From positions 4,340,001 through 4,404,000 of the forward strand of contig NW_027266266.1 in the NCBI RefSeq assembly GCF_022045235.1: a stretch of DNA of 64,000 bases, in the 5' to 3' direction. This document shows positions 24,186 to 37,221 of this stretch, one piece after another. The notes under the pieces are model-generated. The model did not search any database. It was not told where the DNA came from and saw only the letters and a program-made list of their open reading frames with translations. A program made the position numbers and the translations under genes. This DNA comes from Haliotis cracherodii (lineage: Eukaryota). Position 1 is the first letter of the stretch, and the number at the start of each line of letters is the position of its first letter.

Positions 24186-24937
24186 GTGACACACGGTCTC
24201 AACTGGTGACACACTTCCATTGAAACAATGTGTGAAGCAAGGGGAGTTTCTACGGGGATTTCAACATGCGAACTCATTTAGGGCATTCGATACCTATTTA
24301 AATCTAACCCTCTAAACTCGACTCGTTTTTCACAATAATACGTTTTTGATATGTATGTGTCTATATCTACGGTTAACCAATATGGTATGTCTGGTTATAG
24401 AAGGAATGCTCTCAAATCTCATCGCACCGGCATATAAAGTAGGGTTTTAAAACCATCAGCATGGCTGTCTCTCCGTCCGTCCGGTTCTTCCCCCGGATCA
24501 GGACCTGTTTCATTTTCGAGACGTCTTCACATCAAGATAAACGTATATCATTGAATGGTTAACTTTCACTGAGCAAATATCCTAAAACGTGAAAAACTAT
24601 TTGAATTTGCGTTGTTATCCTTTTCTACATTGGCTGTACGGCTCCACGTGCTGTCATGGAAGTCCAAGAGAGAGCTGGCGTCACGGTCACTTTGGTGTTT
24701 AAATATATATTGTCACGGACCTCACTGTCGCACTTGCAGTAGCATATCTATATAATTATGCAAAACAATAATATAATTATGTAAAGCTCCCCAAAAGGCT
24801 TGTATTAGGCCAGTCTGTTCTGATATCGGAATAAGCGCGTTTATTTACGAAAAAACGGAGAAAGTCCGGTCACGTGATATGGATATTAGCCTGTGGCAGT
24901 GGTGCTATATGAAGTCACCATTGAGTGTGTGTACCTG

Positions 24938-25190
24938 TATATACCTGTCTGTCATAACGATATACTCTCGACGTCACCGCTCCATCGTATATATATATAC
25001 CTCTCGGTTGTAACGTTATACTCTCGACGACAACATCCTTGTTGAATACACCTGTCGGTCGTAGCGTTATGCTCTCGACATTCACCGCTCCATTGTATAT
25101 ACCTGTCGGTCGTAACGTTATACTCTCGACGTCAACGCCTCTTTGAATATACCTGTCGGTCGTAACGTTATACTCTCAATACCATCGCTT
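24938..25190. repeat. About 50-55-bp degenerate tandem repeat (5 copies)
   Basis: Recurring ATACCTGTCGGTCGTAACGTTATACTCTCGAC. Confidence 0.8.
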
Positions 25191-25605
25191 CTTTTATGTA
25201 CGGTGCACGGGTGGCCCAGTCGTCTAAGTCGCCGCAATACGCTATGCAAAGTTGCGTCCTTTAGGCACACCTCAAACCTATGATTGTGGGTTCGAATCCC
25301 GGTTCGCCTCGATTATGTTTCCAGGTTTGTCAGCTCCGTTCCCGTGCTCTTGGTTTTCACCGAAGTGGTAAACGTGTAAGACCTGCATCACTTCAGGCTT
25401 TCCTCCTGACATGCCGTGATATAACTGGAATACTGATAAAAGCGGCGTTAAACACAACTCACTCACTCTTTCATATACCCACATTTTCTGTGAAATCGAA
25501 CCATAGTTTGGTGTGTTAGATTAACAGATCAGAACATACAGTCATATTGAACGAACGGACGCCACAGCTCAGAGTCACGCCACCCTTGTGATGTTTTTGA
25601 GATCT

Positions 25606-25714
25606 GGGCCCCGTTCCACAAAGCGATCTTAGCACTAAGTTGGACGTATTTCCCATACTTTAACCTAGGTTTACGATCGTCGTAGCGCTAAGGTCGCTTT
25701 GAGGAACGGGGCCC
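25606..25714. mobile_element. Short MITE with GGGCCCCGTTCCACAAAGCGA terminal inverted repeats
   Basis: GGGCCCCGTTCCACAAAGCGATCTTAGC ... GCTAAGGTCGCTTTGAGGAACGGGGCCC; related half copies at about 30143, 38937 and 46099. Confidence 0.7.
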
Positions 25715-25831
25715 TGAACTAACCAGTTCATGGTATTAAAAACACTGCAGTTTTGAAACAGTGTGGATGGTAATGAGAAAAGGTGATGGATATATTATTA
25801 GATACGTGTAGGATATCGTTATGTTCCACAG

Positions 25832-25944
25832 GCGAGGTCGGGGACTGGAAGAACTGGTTCACGGTGTCCCAAAGTGAGAGGCTAGACCAGGAATTCACGG
25901 ATAGGATGGGAGCCAGTAGGTGGACGTATAGCTTCACCATGTGA
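25832..25944 (+). CDS. Sulfotransferase last exon
   Basis: GEVGDWKNWFTVSQSERLD...FTM* completes RKGxxGDWKxxFT. The five exons sum to 900 nt (299 aa plus stop). Confidence 0.95.
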
Positions 25945-28658
25945 CCCCTCTCTATCAGCTGTGTATGAAGAACGGGTCAGTGGTTACAATTAATAATGGT
26001 GTGAGAACTTTCCGATATTTGCACATTTTTGCGATTCCCAGTACTTACTGGCCGTTGAAGCGATATGAACTTAACGTCGTCATCCGTTGTTCAGGATGTC
26101 ATAAATTGATAACTATTCTGAATATATCAATGGCCTGACTCTATCATGTTTCTCAGGAGAATTGATTTTTCATATCTGGATGACTTACTCGAAAGGGATG
26201 ACGGATTATCTATCCGTCGGTCTCTCACAATTCTTTCACTCGGGTCAGGGTAATTCATCGTAACTTTTTTATTTTCTTATTTCCCCAGGGAGTTCACATC
26301 AATGACCGGTCCCCCATCCCTAACGGTTGTGAATTGCCGGTTGATGTCTGTACAAGGTGTATTGAGTCGTGGTCAGATGCTTGTACTTAAGGGACGCTTT
26401 TGCCTTGTTAGAGTTGTCTAGTCAAGACATGTAATCGGAACAGTATCTCAGTGATATCACTACGTTTTCCACAATGGGGAATCCACGAGCACGGTTATAT
26501 TTGTGCCCCCAAAAAAGAATCATAATCAGAGTAAAAACATTATATCCCAAGTTCTCGGGCTGTTAGCTCCATTTATCAATTTATCATAAAACAAAATGGT
26601 TTTCACGGGAGACGTGGCGTGGTTGAGAACACATGCTGTCTCCTAAGAGATATCGCTACAATGAAATTTCATCACACTGCTTTGCAGACCATTGTGACAT
26701 CACATTATCAAATGACATCACTAATCCCTCTTCAACTGAACCTGTTCAGCTGTACGTTTTACACCCAAGAAACTGGTTATTACTCTTTACAAACTGAAAA
26801 GTGGGAAGAATGATTTGGATGATAAATAGATTCTCACCCCCGTGTCTTCTCAGATCAAATATATCAAGACCCGTGGATAAAAGTCAAAATATCCTGAAAT
26901 ATTACGATCACGCGAAAACATGCATTTTATGTCCTAACATCCACTATACGATTATCTCAAAAACATGTTTAAATTCGCACTGAATAAATGTATTTTGCGA
27001 TTCATCGAAGTGAAAGTCAAATGACAGAGTGTTGGAGCATTGTAAAAGTCTTTATTATAATCAGAACTTTTAATCGGATTCATGTGGTCTAGATTACTAT
27101 TTATAGTCTTATAAAAAGTGTTCGTACCTTATCGAAAATTACGACATACTGGAAAAAAACGTTGTATTATCCTAATTAAATCTACCTGCTGTAAGTATGC
27201 ATTTAACAAATGTGTACCTTATCTTGTTAGACTTGAATGTGTATGAATGTTTAGACGTGAAGTATTTTAATTTTGATATTTGTAAATGACATCATAAATA
27301 TATAATATAGTTTAGAGGATTAGAGAAATCAATTCGACGGTGTTGGATCGCTGTAGCATACATGTATTGGAACAAGACGTCTCGTATCTTTTGAGTTATG
27401 TATGTGTTGATGTTAATCCTTCATGTTAACACGGTGTTGTTACGCTGCTATTTTGATTCAAGCGCTAACGGTTTTGTGATCATTAATATGTCTTGTCATA
27501 ATGGCTGTATGTCTAAGTGGTTTATTGTCCAATTAAAGACTGTTTATCTCTGCAGCTTACCGAGGTGAAAGTCTACCTTTTTAACAGGGTGTTGAAGCAT
27601 TGCAAACTGACGGTGAAATGTCAAAATATGCCGGCGAACAAATGCTCTGAAATGCAAAATCGCTGAATATATCTGACGAGATGTCCTTACAAAGATTCGA
27701 CACATACCGCTCACAAACACTGAGTCATGTCCTGAAACACTACTGTTCAGACACTCCAGGTGAGTGAGTGAGTGAGTGAGTGAGTGAGTGAGTGAAAGTT
27801 GCCTAAAGTCACAATCAGCAATATTTCTCCTACATCACGGCGGCTTTGTTGATTTTGTTGTTGTTTATGCCGCACTCAGCAATATTTCAGCTGTATGACG
27901 TCGATCTGTAAACAGACAAGACAATCTACCGATTGATATCATGAGCATCGATCTACGCAATTGGGATACGATTACGTGCAATCAACAAATACACCAAGCC
28001 TGACATCCTGATCCATCTAGATGTCCGAAAAGATGCGCGTGAGTCAGTGAGTGCCGATTTGCGACAGGAAACAGCAATATTATAGCTATGTATCATCGGA
28101 TCCTGGATATCGATGATCCCTGTAAGAATAGGTCTTCAGCAACTTCTGCTTGTCTTACGAATCGACTAACAGGATCAGGTGGTCAGGTTGATGCATGTCA
28201 TCGTATCCCCATTGCTTAGATCGATGCTCATGATATTAACCACTGGATTGTCTGGTCCAGGCTCGATTGAACACAGACCCCCGTCTGTATTGCTGCGTGC
28301 GGCGTTAAACCACAAACAAACAAACAAACAAACAATGTAACGTCGACCCTTGAACAAAGAAGCCTTGTTGAAAGACCCATCCGTTGCATTCCAATTATTT
28401 TGTAAGATGGCTCTATACCTGCCCTGAAAAGTGTGTTCATCGTTAAATTATCCAAAACAAACGAAGTTATCACATTTACAATAATTTATTTTCACATTAG
28501 GTCTAAATATCATGTTCAACAATTATGACCATATCATAGTGCTCTCTCAAGCGTATTGTTCTCAACAATTAAGCACTGTGGCGTCATATCGCTTCATCAA
28601 CTTGAGAATCACTAAAATGTATTTGTGATTATATCAGAAAGTTTTGTCACACGATATC

Positions 28659-29771
28659 TCAACATTTAGGTGTAATGTCCTCCTCTCCTGCATCTTGATA
28701 CTCCAACACTGCATCGATGTAGTCCACAGCCAGTTTCCCTGCCCAGGAATCAAGCTTGTAGTTCTCTATGAATCCACAGTGACCACCCTTCTCTGTCGTC
28801 ACCAACATCCAGTTAGGCCGCTGGAAATGATCATAGGGTATGTTGCCAGCAACACAGATCGGATCGTCCAGACTGTTGATACACAACACAGGGGAGACAA
28901 CTGAATCAACGTTAGCCATTGGGTCGTTGTGCAGCCACATGTCATCAACGTCCTTGAACCCATGCATCTTGAAGTAAAGGTGACCCTCCATTTCCTCTAT
29001 AGACTTTGAATTGTAAACAGCTTGGATGTCCACAACTGGCTTCAGAATAAGTTCGTTCGGTTTAACCAAAGTCGTTTTCACCAAATGAAGTATCAATTTC
29101 TCATATATGGTACTCATGCCCTCGATTTCTGATAGATCGAATCCCGACCCTATGAATACAGAGGGGCCGATGTACGACCTCCCAGCGTACTCACCCAAAT
29201 ACCTACTCAGTATAGCCGTTCCTGCGGAGTAAGCAACGCCAGACATGGCAGCATTAGGGAACTTCCGGCAAATATGCTCCACACAGTATCGAAAGTCACT
29301 TGTTTCCCCAAAGCACTGGAGACGCGGTGTTGTGAGCAAGGAACCACAATGACCGCGCCTGTTGAACACTACAACTCTGAATCTCCCGGCCGCCATCTTG
29401 CACACTTTGTTGATACCCTCCTTCCCTCCCCCCACCCCCGGAATTACGACCAACACGGGACTTGTGTCAGTCAGACACGCCTCGTTGTCCAACCAGTCAA
29501 GAGAAACGAGACCACCGTCCGGTAAATGTACGTTTTCTCTCTTGTAGTTCAGAGGTGAGAGCTCAAGGCAACAGATAATTGTATGTACATGCCTATTGCC
29601 GAGTCCCAACGGCGGGATGTAAGGTTCTTTCAGCCGTGGTACTTTATTTATAATGTACTCGTGGAGTTTGGAATCACCATAGAACAGCTTCGGTATAGAC
29701 TTCCTTCGTCGGAACCAACTGTGATAGATGTAGATGGCAATACAACTGACGCAAATAACCACAAATATCAT
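28659..29771 (-). CDS. Alpha/beta hydrolase, ABHD1/2/3/15 (YheT-like) family, copy 1
   Basis: 370 aa from the first ATG (the ORF-track start at 29846 is TTG). N-terminal TM segment, LPDGGLVSLDW, FNRRGH, AYSAG (Ser), NSLDDP (Asp), GGHCGF (His). A splice acceptor lies 7 nt upstream of the ATG. Confidence 0.93.
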   Translation of the reverse strand: MIFVVICVSCIAIYIYHSWFRRRKSIPKLFYGDSKLHEYIINKVPRLKEPYIPPLGLGNRHVHTIICCLELSPLNYKRENVHLPDGGLVSLDWLDNEACLTDTSPVLVVIPGVGGGKEGINKVCKMAAGRFRVVVFNRRGHCGSLLTTPRLQCFGETSDFRYCVEHICRKFPNAAMSGVAYSAGTAILSRYLGEYAGRSYIGPSVFIGSGFDLSEIEGMSTIYEKLILHLVKTTLVKPNELILKPVVDIQAVYNSKSIEEMEGHLYFKMHGFKDVDDMWLHNDPMANVDSVVSPVLCINSLDDPICVAGNIPYDHFQRPNWMLVTTEKGGHCGFIENYKLDSWAGKLAVDYIDAVLEYQDAGEEDITPKC

Positions 29772-32700
29772 CTCGACCCTTGCAAGAGAAACAGACCCGA
29801 TGTGGAATATATATTGCCGACTGTCTAACTTTGCGGCGCTTCCCAATGCTTATAAAGTAACGCTTCGGTGGCGTCAATTCTAATTTCATTGTAATTGATG
29901 AGTCTCCACTATGAATAACAGACGTGGCCACACATGGAGAAAGGTGGGTTGGTGATAATTGATATGTACCTGCGAAGAACAATGTTTACGTTAGCAATGG
30001 TTGCACGCCTGCGCAAAGTCATTGTACTGGGCGGATACAATTTCAGTAACAATTTGCCAGTAACTATGTAATTAACCGTAAATTATGACAGTAAAAGAAA
30101 AATGTAATTTGAACCTCAATTATTTGCTGGTTGCAAACGTCCTGGGGTCCGTTCCACACAACAATCGGAGCTCTAACGTGATCATAACTCCCATTTTTAA
30201 CAAAGACTTACGACCATGTACGTGTCCATGAATCGATAGATTCCATTTCTAGCAAATGATGTTGAACATTGCCAATTACACATCTGATGAATGATGGAAA
30301 AGTATTTATTTCGAGTATAGTAATGGCATTCCGTATCAACTCTCAAACTGAACCGGTTTCGAGAAATAAATGCTAACCAGATGCTTGAACAGGTTTGTTT
30401 TACGTAACATTTCGCCACACCTGTCGTCCAAAATGAAGGAACTATTTCGGTTTTAGCAATTTGGTCCAAATATTAAAGTTTTTGACACTGATTAGATGCG
30501 GCTGGAGTTTGATGCTTTACACAAGTACCGATTTGATTTATTTCTATTAATAATGATCTGTATATGGGTGAGTGAGTGCGTTTTTTACAATCGTATTTTG
30601 GCAACATCATGACTTGTTGGCTTCATGAGAAATCATACAACGGAGATGGGTCCCAGTCGTTTGCCAATCGCTGCGCATGGATCTGGGGCAGAGTTGTGTT
30701 TTTTGAGAACGCTTGCTGCTCTGTCTGGAAACTTAATTTGCCCCGTGGGGAAACCTGACAAGAATAGATCCCCAGAATCATATAGGTAGCTATGCTGATC
30801 GAAAGATGCTACATAATGGATTAGGTAGCCACACCTGGTTAGTGCACGTCATCATACGCCGACAGTGTCGATCGTTACTTAATACTATTGATCGCAAGAT
30901 TGTCTGGTCCAGGCTCGATTATTCAGAGGCCGCGGCCATAGAGTTTAATATTGCTTAGTGGGGCCTAAACAACATGCAAAAGAGAAATGACGTCACTTTA
31001 CTTTGATTAGCGTAATAAGGTCATGAACTGACCGTAGTGGACAATGCATAAGTCTTATTGAAGATAAGGACCTTTATTGAGCGGACACTGGAAGACATGG
31101 ACCATAGAATTGGACCGTGTGTCCCGAGCTCCGTGAATCGACTGCCCTCTACAACTCCCACCGCGTCTGCTATACACATACATGCACATGCACAAATACA
31201 TGCACTTGCACAAATACATGGACATGCACAAATACATGCACATGCACAAATACATGCACTTGAACAAATACATGCACTTAAGCAATTTTCAAAATGCAAA
31301 AATAGTTCAGTCTTTTTACAATTATTGTTCTATTTCTTATATTCAGTGGCTAAAAATGATAGGATTAAAAGAAAAAAGAAAGGCAATGTATATTTTTATA
31401 TTTTTTACTTCAATCTAAACGTGGGGTGGTCGGGTAGCCTAGTAGTTAAAGCGTTCGCTCGTCACGCCGAAGACCCGCGTTCGATTCCCGACACGGGTAC
31501 AAAGTGTGAAGCCTATTTCTGGTGTCCCCCGCCGTGATATTGCTGGAATATTGCTAAAAGCGGCGTAAAACCATACTTACTCACTCAGTCTAGGCGTACG
31601 TAATTAGTCCATTGTGATATTCATAAGCCCTTTTGAAGATCTCAAGAACTTTAAGTCTATCTGACGGAACAATAATTGTAAAATGACCAAAATATTTTGG
31701 CATTTTGTGAAGTGAAAATTTCAGGTATCTTAAACATTGACCGATTTTACACATGCACTCTAACATACAGTTGTTCCAGGAATTAATACAAGATATAATA
31801 ACTACTGGTTTACCGTTAGATCTAATACATACTAGTAGCTGCAACCTGATCAGACGCAATCATTTCAATATCAAAAGAATTACAAACACAAGTTAACAGT
31901 GGATTGACAGCAATGTACATAAAGGTGTGTGTGTGTGTGGAAATGCAAAAGAAACAAACAAAGTAAATATCATAAACTAAAGTAAATAACAATACAAGTG
32001 TTCATACACACGGTATCATTATCATGAGAGGAGCTGTATAGACGCATTGTACACTCAAACAAAAATAGTTTCAGTTTTGTTTGACACAGTTTCCAGCAAA
32101 GACGAAAGCGTGATTGATATTATGAGCAATGCCCCATGTCATCTTCGGATGATCTTTTGTTTGTTGTTTTACGCCGCACTGAGCAATATTCAAGCTATTA
32201 GACTGCAGTCTGTAAATAATCGAGTCTGAAACAGACAATCCGGTGATTGACATCATGAGCATCGATCCAAGCAATTGGGATACGATCACGTGCATCAATC
32301 AAGTCAGCGAGCCTGACCACCCCACTCAGACTAAGTATACTGACTCCGAGCCGACCAGTCCTTGTTTTAGCCCCTTAATGCCGAGCGCCAGACAGGGTAA
32401 CAACAAGTACAATCTTTTAAAGTCTTTTAGTATGACGCGGCCGAGGATCGAACCCGGACCTTCCGCTCTCCGGGCGGACGCTCTACCACTAGAGATAGGT
32501 ACACGTAGGTGGTCTACATGAAAATAGATAATTGTTCTTGTATCAATTTTACGCTTCCCACTTCATTGGAAAATATACGTGCTCCGTACACAAGTACCTA
32601 AATACCCACATCCCAATACTAACGCCTGAAACAGGGCAATGTGTGTGGTGGCATGAAAAAATATATACAGTATGGAAGTGAATAATGACAACTGTGTTTG

Positions 32701-32778
32701 AGACATTCTGCGTGCTTACACTTGAGAAATCATGAAATAAGTGAATAAATGGTTTAAAATAAGGAAAAGAATATTTTG

Positions 32779-32868
32779 ATGTCAACTACTTTATTACGAG
32801 GAACACAATGTTGAGGAGTATATACTCACTCCTTCATCAGGTGTTCCTCATAATACAGAAGTTGACAT
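32779..32868 (-). ncRNA. Degenerate minimal hammerhead-ribozyme-like motif inside an inverted repeat (duplicate at 41336-41425)
   Basis: Minus strand GAGGAACAC-CTGATGA-AGGAGT(GAGTATAT)ACTCCT-CAACATT-GTGTTCCTC. Stems I and II and the CUGAUGA core are present; the GAAA box is mutated. Confidence 0.55.
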
Positions 32869-33361
32869 TCATAGATTCTCCTCCTTGTGAGTATCACTTT
32901 TAAATGCCTTTCAAAGGCTTGGGTAGAAATAGAATATATATTTGAGTGTAAAACCTAAAGAGATTATGCAAACTTGACTTTATCGGTATTAATTATAATT
33001 ACCATTTAAAAGTAATATTTGTACTAAAATTCACTTTAACGAGGCAATGAAACATTAATCTATCATCATACAACCCTGCACAAATATTAATTATCCACAT
33101 GAAAGTGACCTTCCTACTTCACATGTCTGTACATCATTTGCTTGATAACGGTGTAAGTATCTTCACCGAAACGATGCAGTCATAGAAATATCCTTACAAC
33201 TATCTCTCTTGTCCATCATGCCATTAGTTAACCTCTTTAGTTGTAAGCATACTACAGTGAGCTTTTGTATAAATAAAAGCGACAACACCCTTTCATTATT
33301 CACAGGAATTCTCTGTCTAAACCTGTCGATTCCGACTATATGGTTAGCATGTATTTATGAA

Positions 33362-35195
33362 GATTATTCCATAGAAAGTCACTAGATATGTTTCAACAGG
33401 ATTGGAGATCGACACTTGAAAATAGTTCAATATATGTCATGTATAGATCTTTTAAATCGTTGATTGAACCTGAATTGTATTCAAATGTTATAATACACAA
33501 ATCTATGCGCATAACATATTCAAGATTTCGTCTCGGATTGTCTGAAATAATGGTTAATATTGGACGACATCTTTATGTCCCGAAGCCAATGAAATTGTGT
33601 CCTTTCTGTCAAACTTGTATAGAGGATGAACTTCATATACCGCTTGTTTGTACTGTTTATACTGATTTAAGGGAAGCATATATTCCACAGAAATACCTGC
33701 ATTTATCAAATTTTGATTCATTACATGAATAAAAATTTGATAAACGCAGGTATTTCTGAGATTTACAATCTCTGTTGAATTCTAATGATAGAAAAACAAT
33801 TCTAAGGTTAGCACTTTATATTCATCATGCACTTTCTCGGCGCAAGATTCTTATAGTATCGTGATGTCACTTCGTAAAATAATTGTGTACATTCACTTTG
33901 TAACATTGTCTCCACATATGTATTGCATGCAGCAGTTGTACTAACGGTTATTATTTCTTTGTACTCTTGTTTTGTATATGGGTCGGAGGCCTTAATGTAA
34001 CAGGGATTTATTTAGCTAAGTTATGTCGTGTACATAAATGTATAATTAATCATTTTAATCTTATTTCACGTTTTAGGTATCCGGCAGACGACGATTGGTT
34101 TATATATATACAAGTTGAAATTAGTTGTCAGTCCGTCTGTCTCTTGCTTTTATGTTTACTGCACAATTCTGTGTCACAGGGCTGGTCACATTTTGGTTAT
34201 AAGGGTATTTGGGTTGGTCTATTTTCATGTCATTGTCGTTGGTGTTTTAACAATAGCCCAGGCCAAGCTTCTCACTTGATTGGTCCTGTTTTCAGATATA
34301 CATGTCATCCGCCATGTTACTAACCAGTCACACTATCACTGAATGAGGATTGTACACCTGCTTGATTTTAACTCATTTAACTCAAAGGTTAGTTAGTATA
34401 CATTTTAGTTGTTATATAAATTGTAAATTAAAGTCTAATATAAATCATATATAAAATAGGTATAAATATGTTCATGATCAACCTAGTGTAAGTATATACA
34501 CAATCTACCATTTAACCTGTATGAATGTGCGTATGGTTTGTTTTCTATGTTTAATCTGGTCAATATGCTGGCTAGAAATTATTGTTTTGTAACTGTTTAC
34601 TGTATGGTGTAATATTGATATATCATGAATCCTGTATTGTTGATAAAATTGTAGACTTTCATTGTGGTGGTCACTATTATGTATATATGTTTCACTAAGT
34701 ATAATGGTAGCCCTTGATCAATGTATTATCCCTTATATAGGTTTACTATACGAGTTAGCTGTTGGGCTACTTGGTGCGTGGACACACTCCCGTGTCACCC
34801 ACAGGGTAGGTTTCTTTGTACAGACTCTATGGTCTGTTTCATTATTAGGCCATGTTATATTTTATAGTCTTCATATCAACAGATACTTTGTTCATCACAT
34901 GTAAACATGTAATCATATAAAGTCATTTGTGTAATGTATTACTGTGTAATACCTGTATATGATGATATATATGCGCATTTATGTACTTAGTTCATAATGA
35001 TGATAGGTTGACCACGTGTGATTTTAAATCACGTATATTGTTTATTTTTATTATTATTACAGAGTGCCTTCTTCCACTACGCTGGAATAAACAGATTGTA
35101 CCTCACAACCCGTAGCCTGTGGTTTATGTAATAACACCCTAACACCACTATATCATGGCTGCAACATTAAGTACAATAAAACCTCTTGAACTTGA
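33362..35195 (+). mobile_element. 5'-truncated RTE-X-like LINE 3' end
   Basis: ORF remnant YRSFK...RFRLG...GRH...CPFC..CIEDELH...C.VY.DLR; ends AATAAAACCTCTTGAACTTGAA; absent from the duplicated unit at about 41925. Confidence 0.7.
33996..35166 (+). mobile_element. Solo LTR inserted in the LINE 3' UTR
   Basis: TGTAACAG...CTGCAACA termini, 4-bp TSD TTAA, AATAAA near the 3' end. Removing it restores GGAGGCCTTAAGTACAATAAA. Confidence 0.7.
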
Positions 35196-35739
35196 ATCAC
35201 TATCAAATAGTGATGATACCAGGTGCTGCGAAAACATGTGAAATCTTCTATGTGAAATACACATTGCAATCTTCTTGGCTTGGTGGTGTTGGGAACTTGG
35301 GGTCTGCAGTAATAATATCCACGATATTCTTCAATGTGCACTTTAAGGGCGTTTGTGAAACCCTATGGGAAATCAGAATCGGTCTTAATAACATTATGTA
35401 TGTGGGAGTCAAGCTATGCATGTTATGCTATCTATGCTATAAAAGGTAAACTATTGCTCGATATATTTGCTATCCCCGTTCGTCATCCAGATTTCCACTA
35501 TTAATATTCACACTGGTTCTTCCTGTCCAAAAACCTTACTTTATGGGCGCCATATATGGTCGAAGTGCAAAGGTCCGGTCATTACATTTTTATCAAAAAG
35601 GACTCGGATTGGCCACATTTGTTTTCATCATGGCTGCAATGTCGGCCATTTTGAAAATTAGATTCGAAACAAATTCAGAAGACATGATTGGTGGGAAAAG
35701 GCATGTAAAGCTTGGGTTAGTGAGTGAGTTGGGTTTAAC

Positions 35740-36600
35740 TTTTGGCATGACTCTTAAACCTTTAGACTGGATTCGAATGCTCCATACAAAAACAGATCCA
35801 TACAAAAAGATCTATTACTGGTTCCAGCAAATGTACCACCAAATCCTGGTCTCAGGGATTAACCATAATCCTTAATACAATCAGTGAAGGGCTTCCTGTA
35901 TTTTCAAATAAAGTATTTGAAACAAGTGGAATTAGTACCAAAACCTCAAAAGATTAGCTTGACTTTCTCAGAAAAGAACCAGCTTCAGTTCTGTCAAAAC
36001 ATTTGATTTTTCAACTTTATCATGTTTCATTTTTGATCTATGAATAAAAGTTCAGAGTGACAATACACTATACACAGGACTGTATGACAAGACGGATGAC
36101 TTCCACTTTTTCCATTATGTGAAGCAAAACTTTTGCTACTCCAGTGTTTGGTGTATACATTTCACAACTTTTTAGGTACAATCGGGCATGCTCTGTCTAC
36201 CAGGATTTCAAGGAACGGCATACGACGCTTGCTCAAAAGTTGTTCGATCAAAGTTACATCATAAAAGACCTCAGTAGAAGTTTTGAGGTAGACAAGTGGA
36301 GGACATTCGACGCATAGGCTACAAAAATGATCTCGAATGTTATTCCCTATTTTTACTTGTACCATATGTTCCCGAGTTTTTGTTTTTCTGGGACACAATT
36401 GACTTGCCTTTGCATGTTTTTGTGACTTGTGCCACCGTTTGGGCAGTATAACCTGACGTTCTCGTGATCACCTGGTAAAATCACTATTTGATAGTGATTC
36501 ATGATATCATGATATGGTCGGAATCCTAAACTGATTCTGCAGATATTTCTTATAGATATGGAAAGGGTTTAATCGCGCTTATAGATACCATTATTTCTTT
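35740..36600 (+). mobile_element. Penelope-like RT relic (duplicated unit 1, internally deleted)
   Basis: Homologous to 42590-43625 and 6575-7780. Confidence 0.7.
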
Positions 36601-37221
36601 TAAATGTATATAGTACGTCCGTTATACTAAGGTGGCCTGTAAACAATCGAGTCTGGACCAGTCAGTCCAGAGATAGTAGACCAGACAATTCAGCGACACG
36701 ATACTGCGTTTACTGATGTTATTGAAACTAAAAATAATAAATGTACAAGCGCAGAGATCCTTCTGCTTACAAAGAAAGAAACACAAAAGAAATATTATTA
36801 TGAAACTCAGGGATTTAATATCTACGCAGTTCAAATAAAACATACGTCAACGATGGGTGATGGGTGTAACATAATTTGAGAATCAACAATGAGATATTAT
36901 ACATCATCTATCCTGAGTGAATGATTGCTAGAAGCTCATGGCGAGTTACAGCATGGACAGGTAAACTGTTATTCCGAATAACTCAGTATCAGTTTAAAAA
37001 AGAAAATAAAGGTAAATCGTATCAAATGTCAGCAAATTGCTGAAGCCAGCAAATTGCTCAGATGACGTAATATTATCAATTTGTTACGACATGAACAATG
37101 GATGACGTCAAAGTGTATGTTTTAACAATTAAGCAGTGTGGCTTCATCAACTGACCAATCAACATTCAGAATCACTAAAATGTTTTTGTGATTATATCAG
37201 AAAGTTTTGTCACACGATATC

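Noticed and set aside
31423-31500. tRNA gene (Asp-like)
   Set aside because: No proper acceptor stem; continues into the SINE body and tail shared by many copies.
31058-31537. 159-aa His/Ala-rich ORF
   Set aside because: Made of a short CATGCA/CAAATA simple repeat plus a SINE; the repeat is absent from the duplicated unit.
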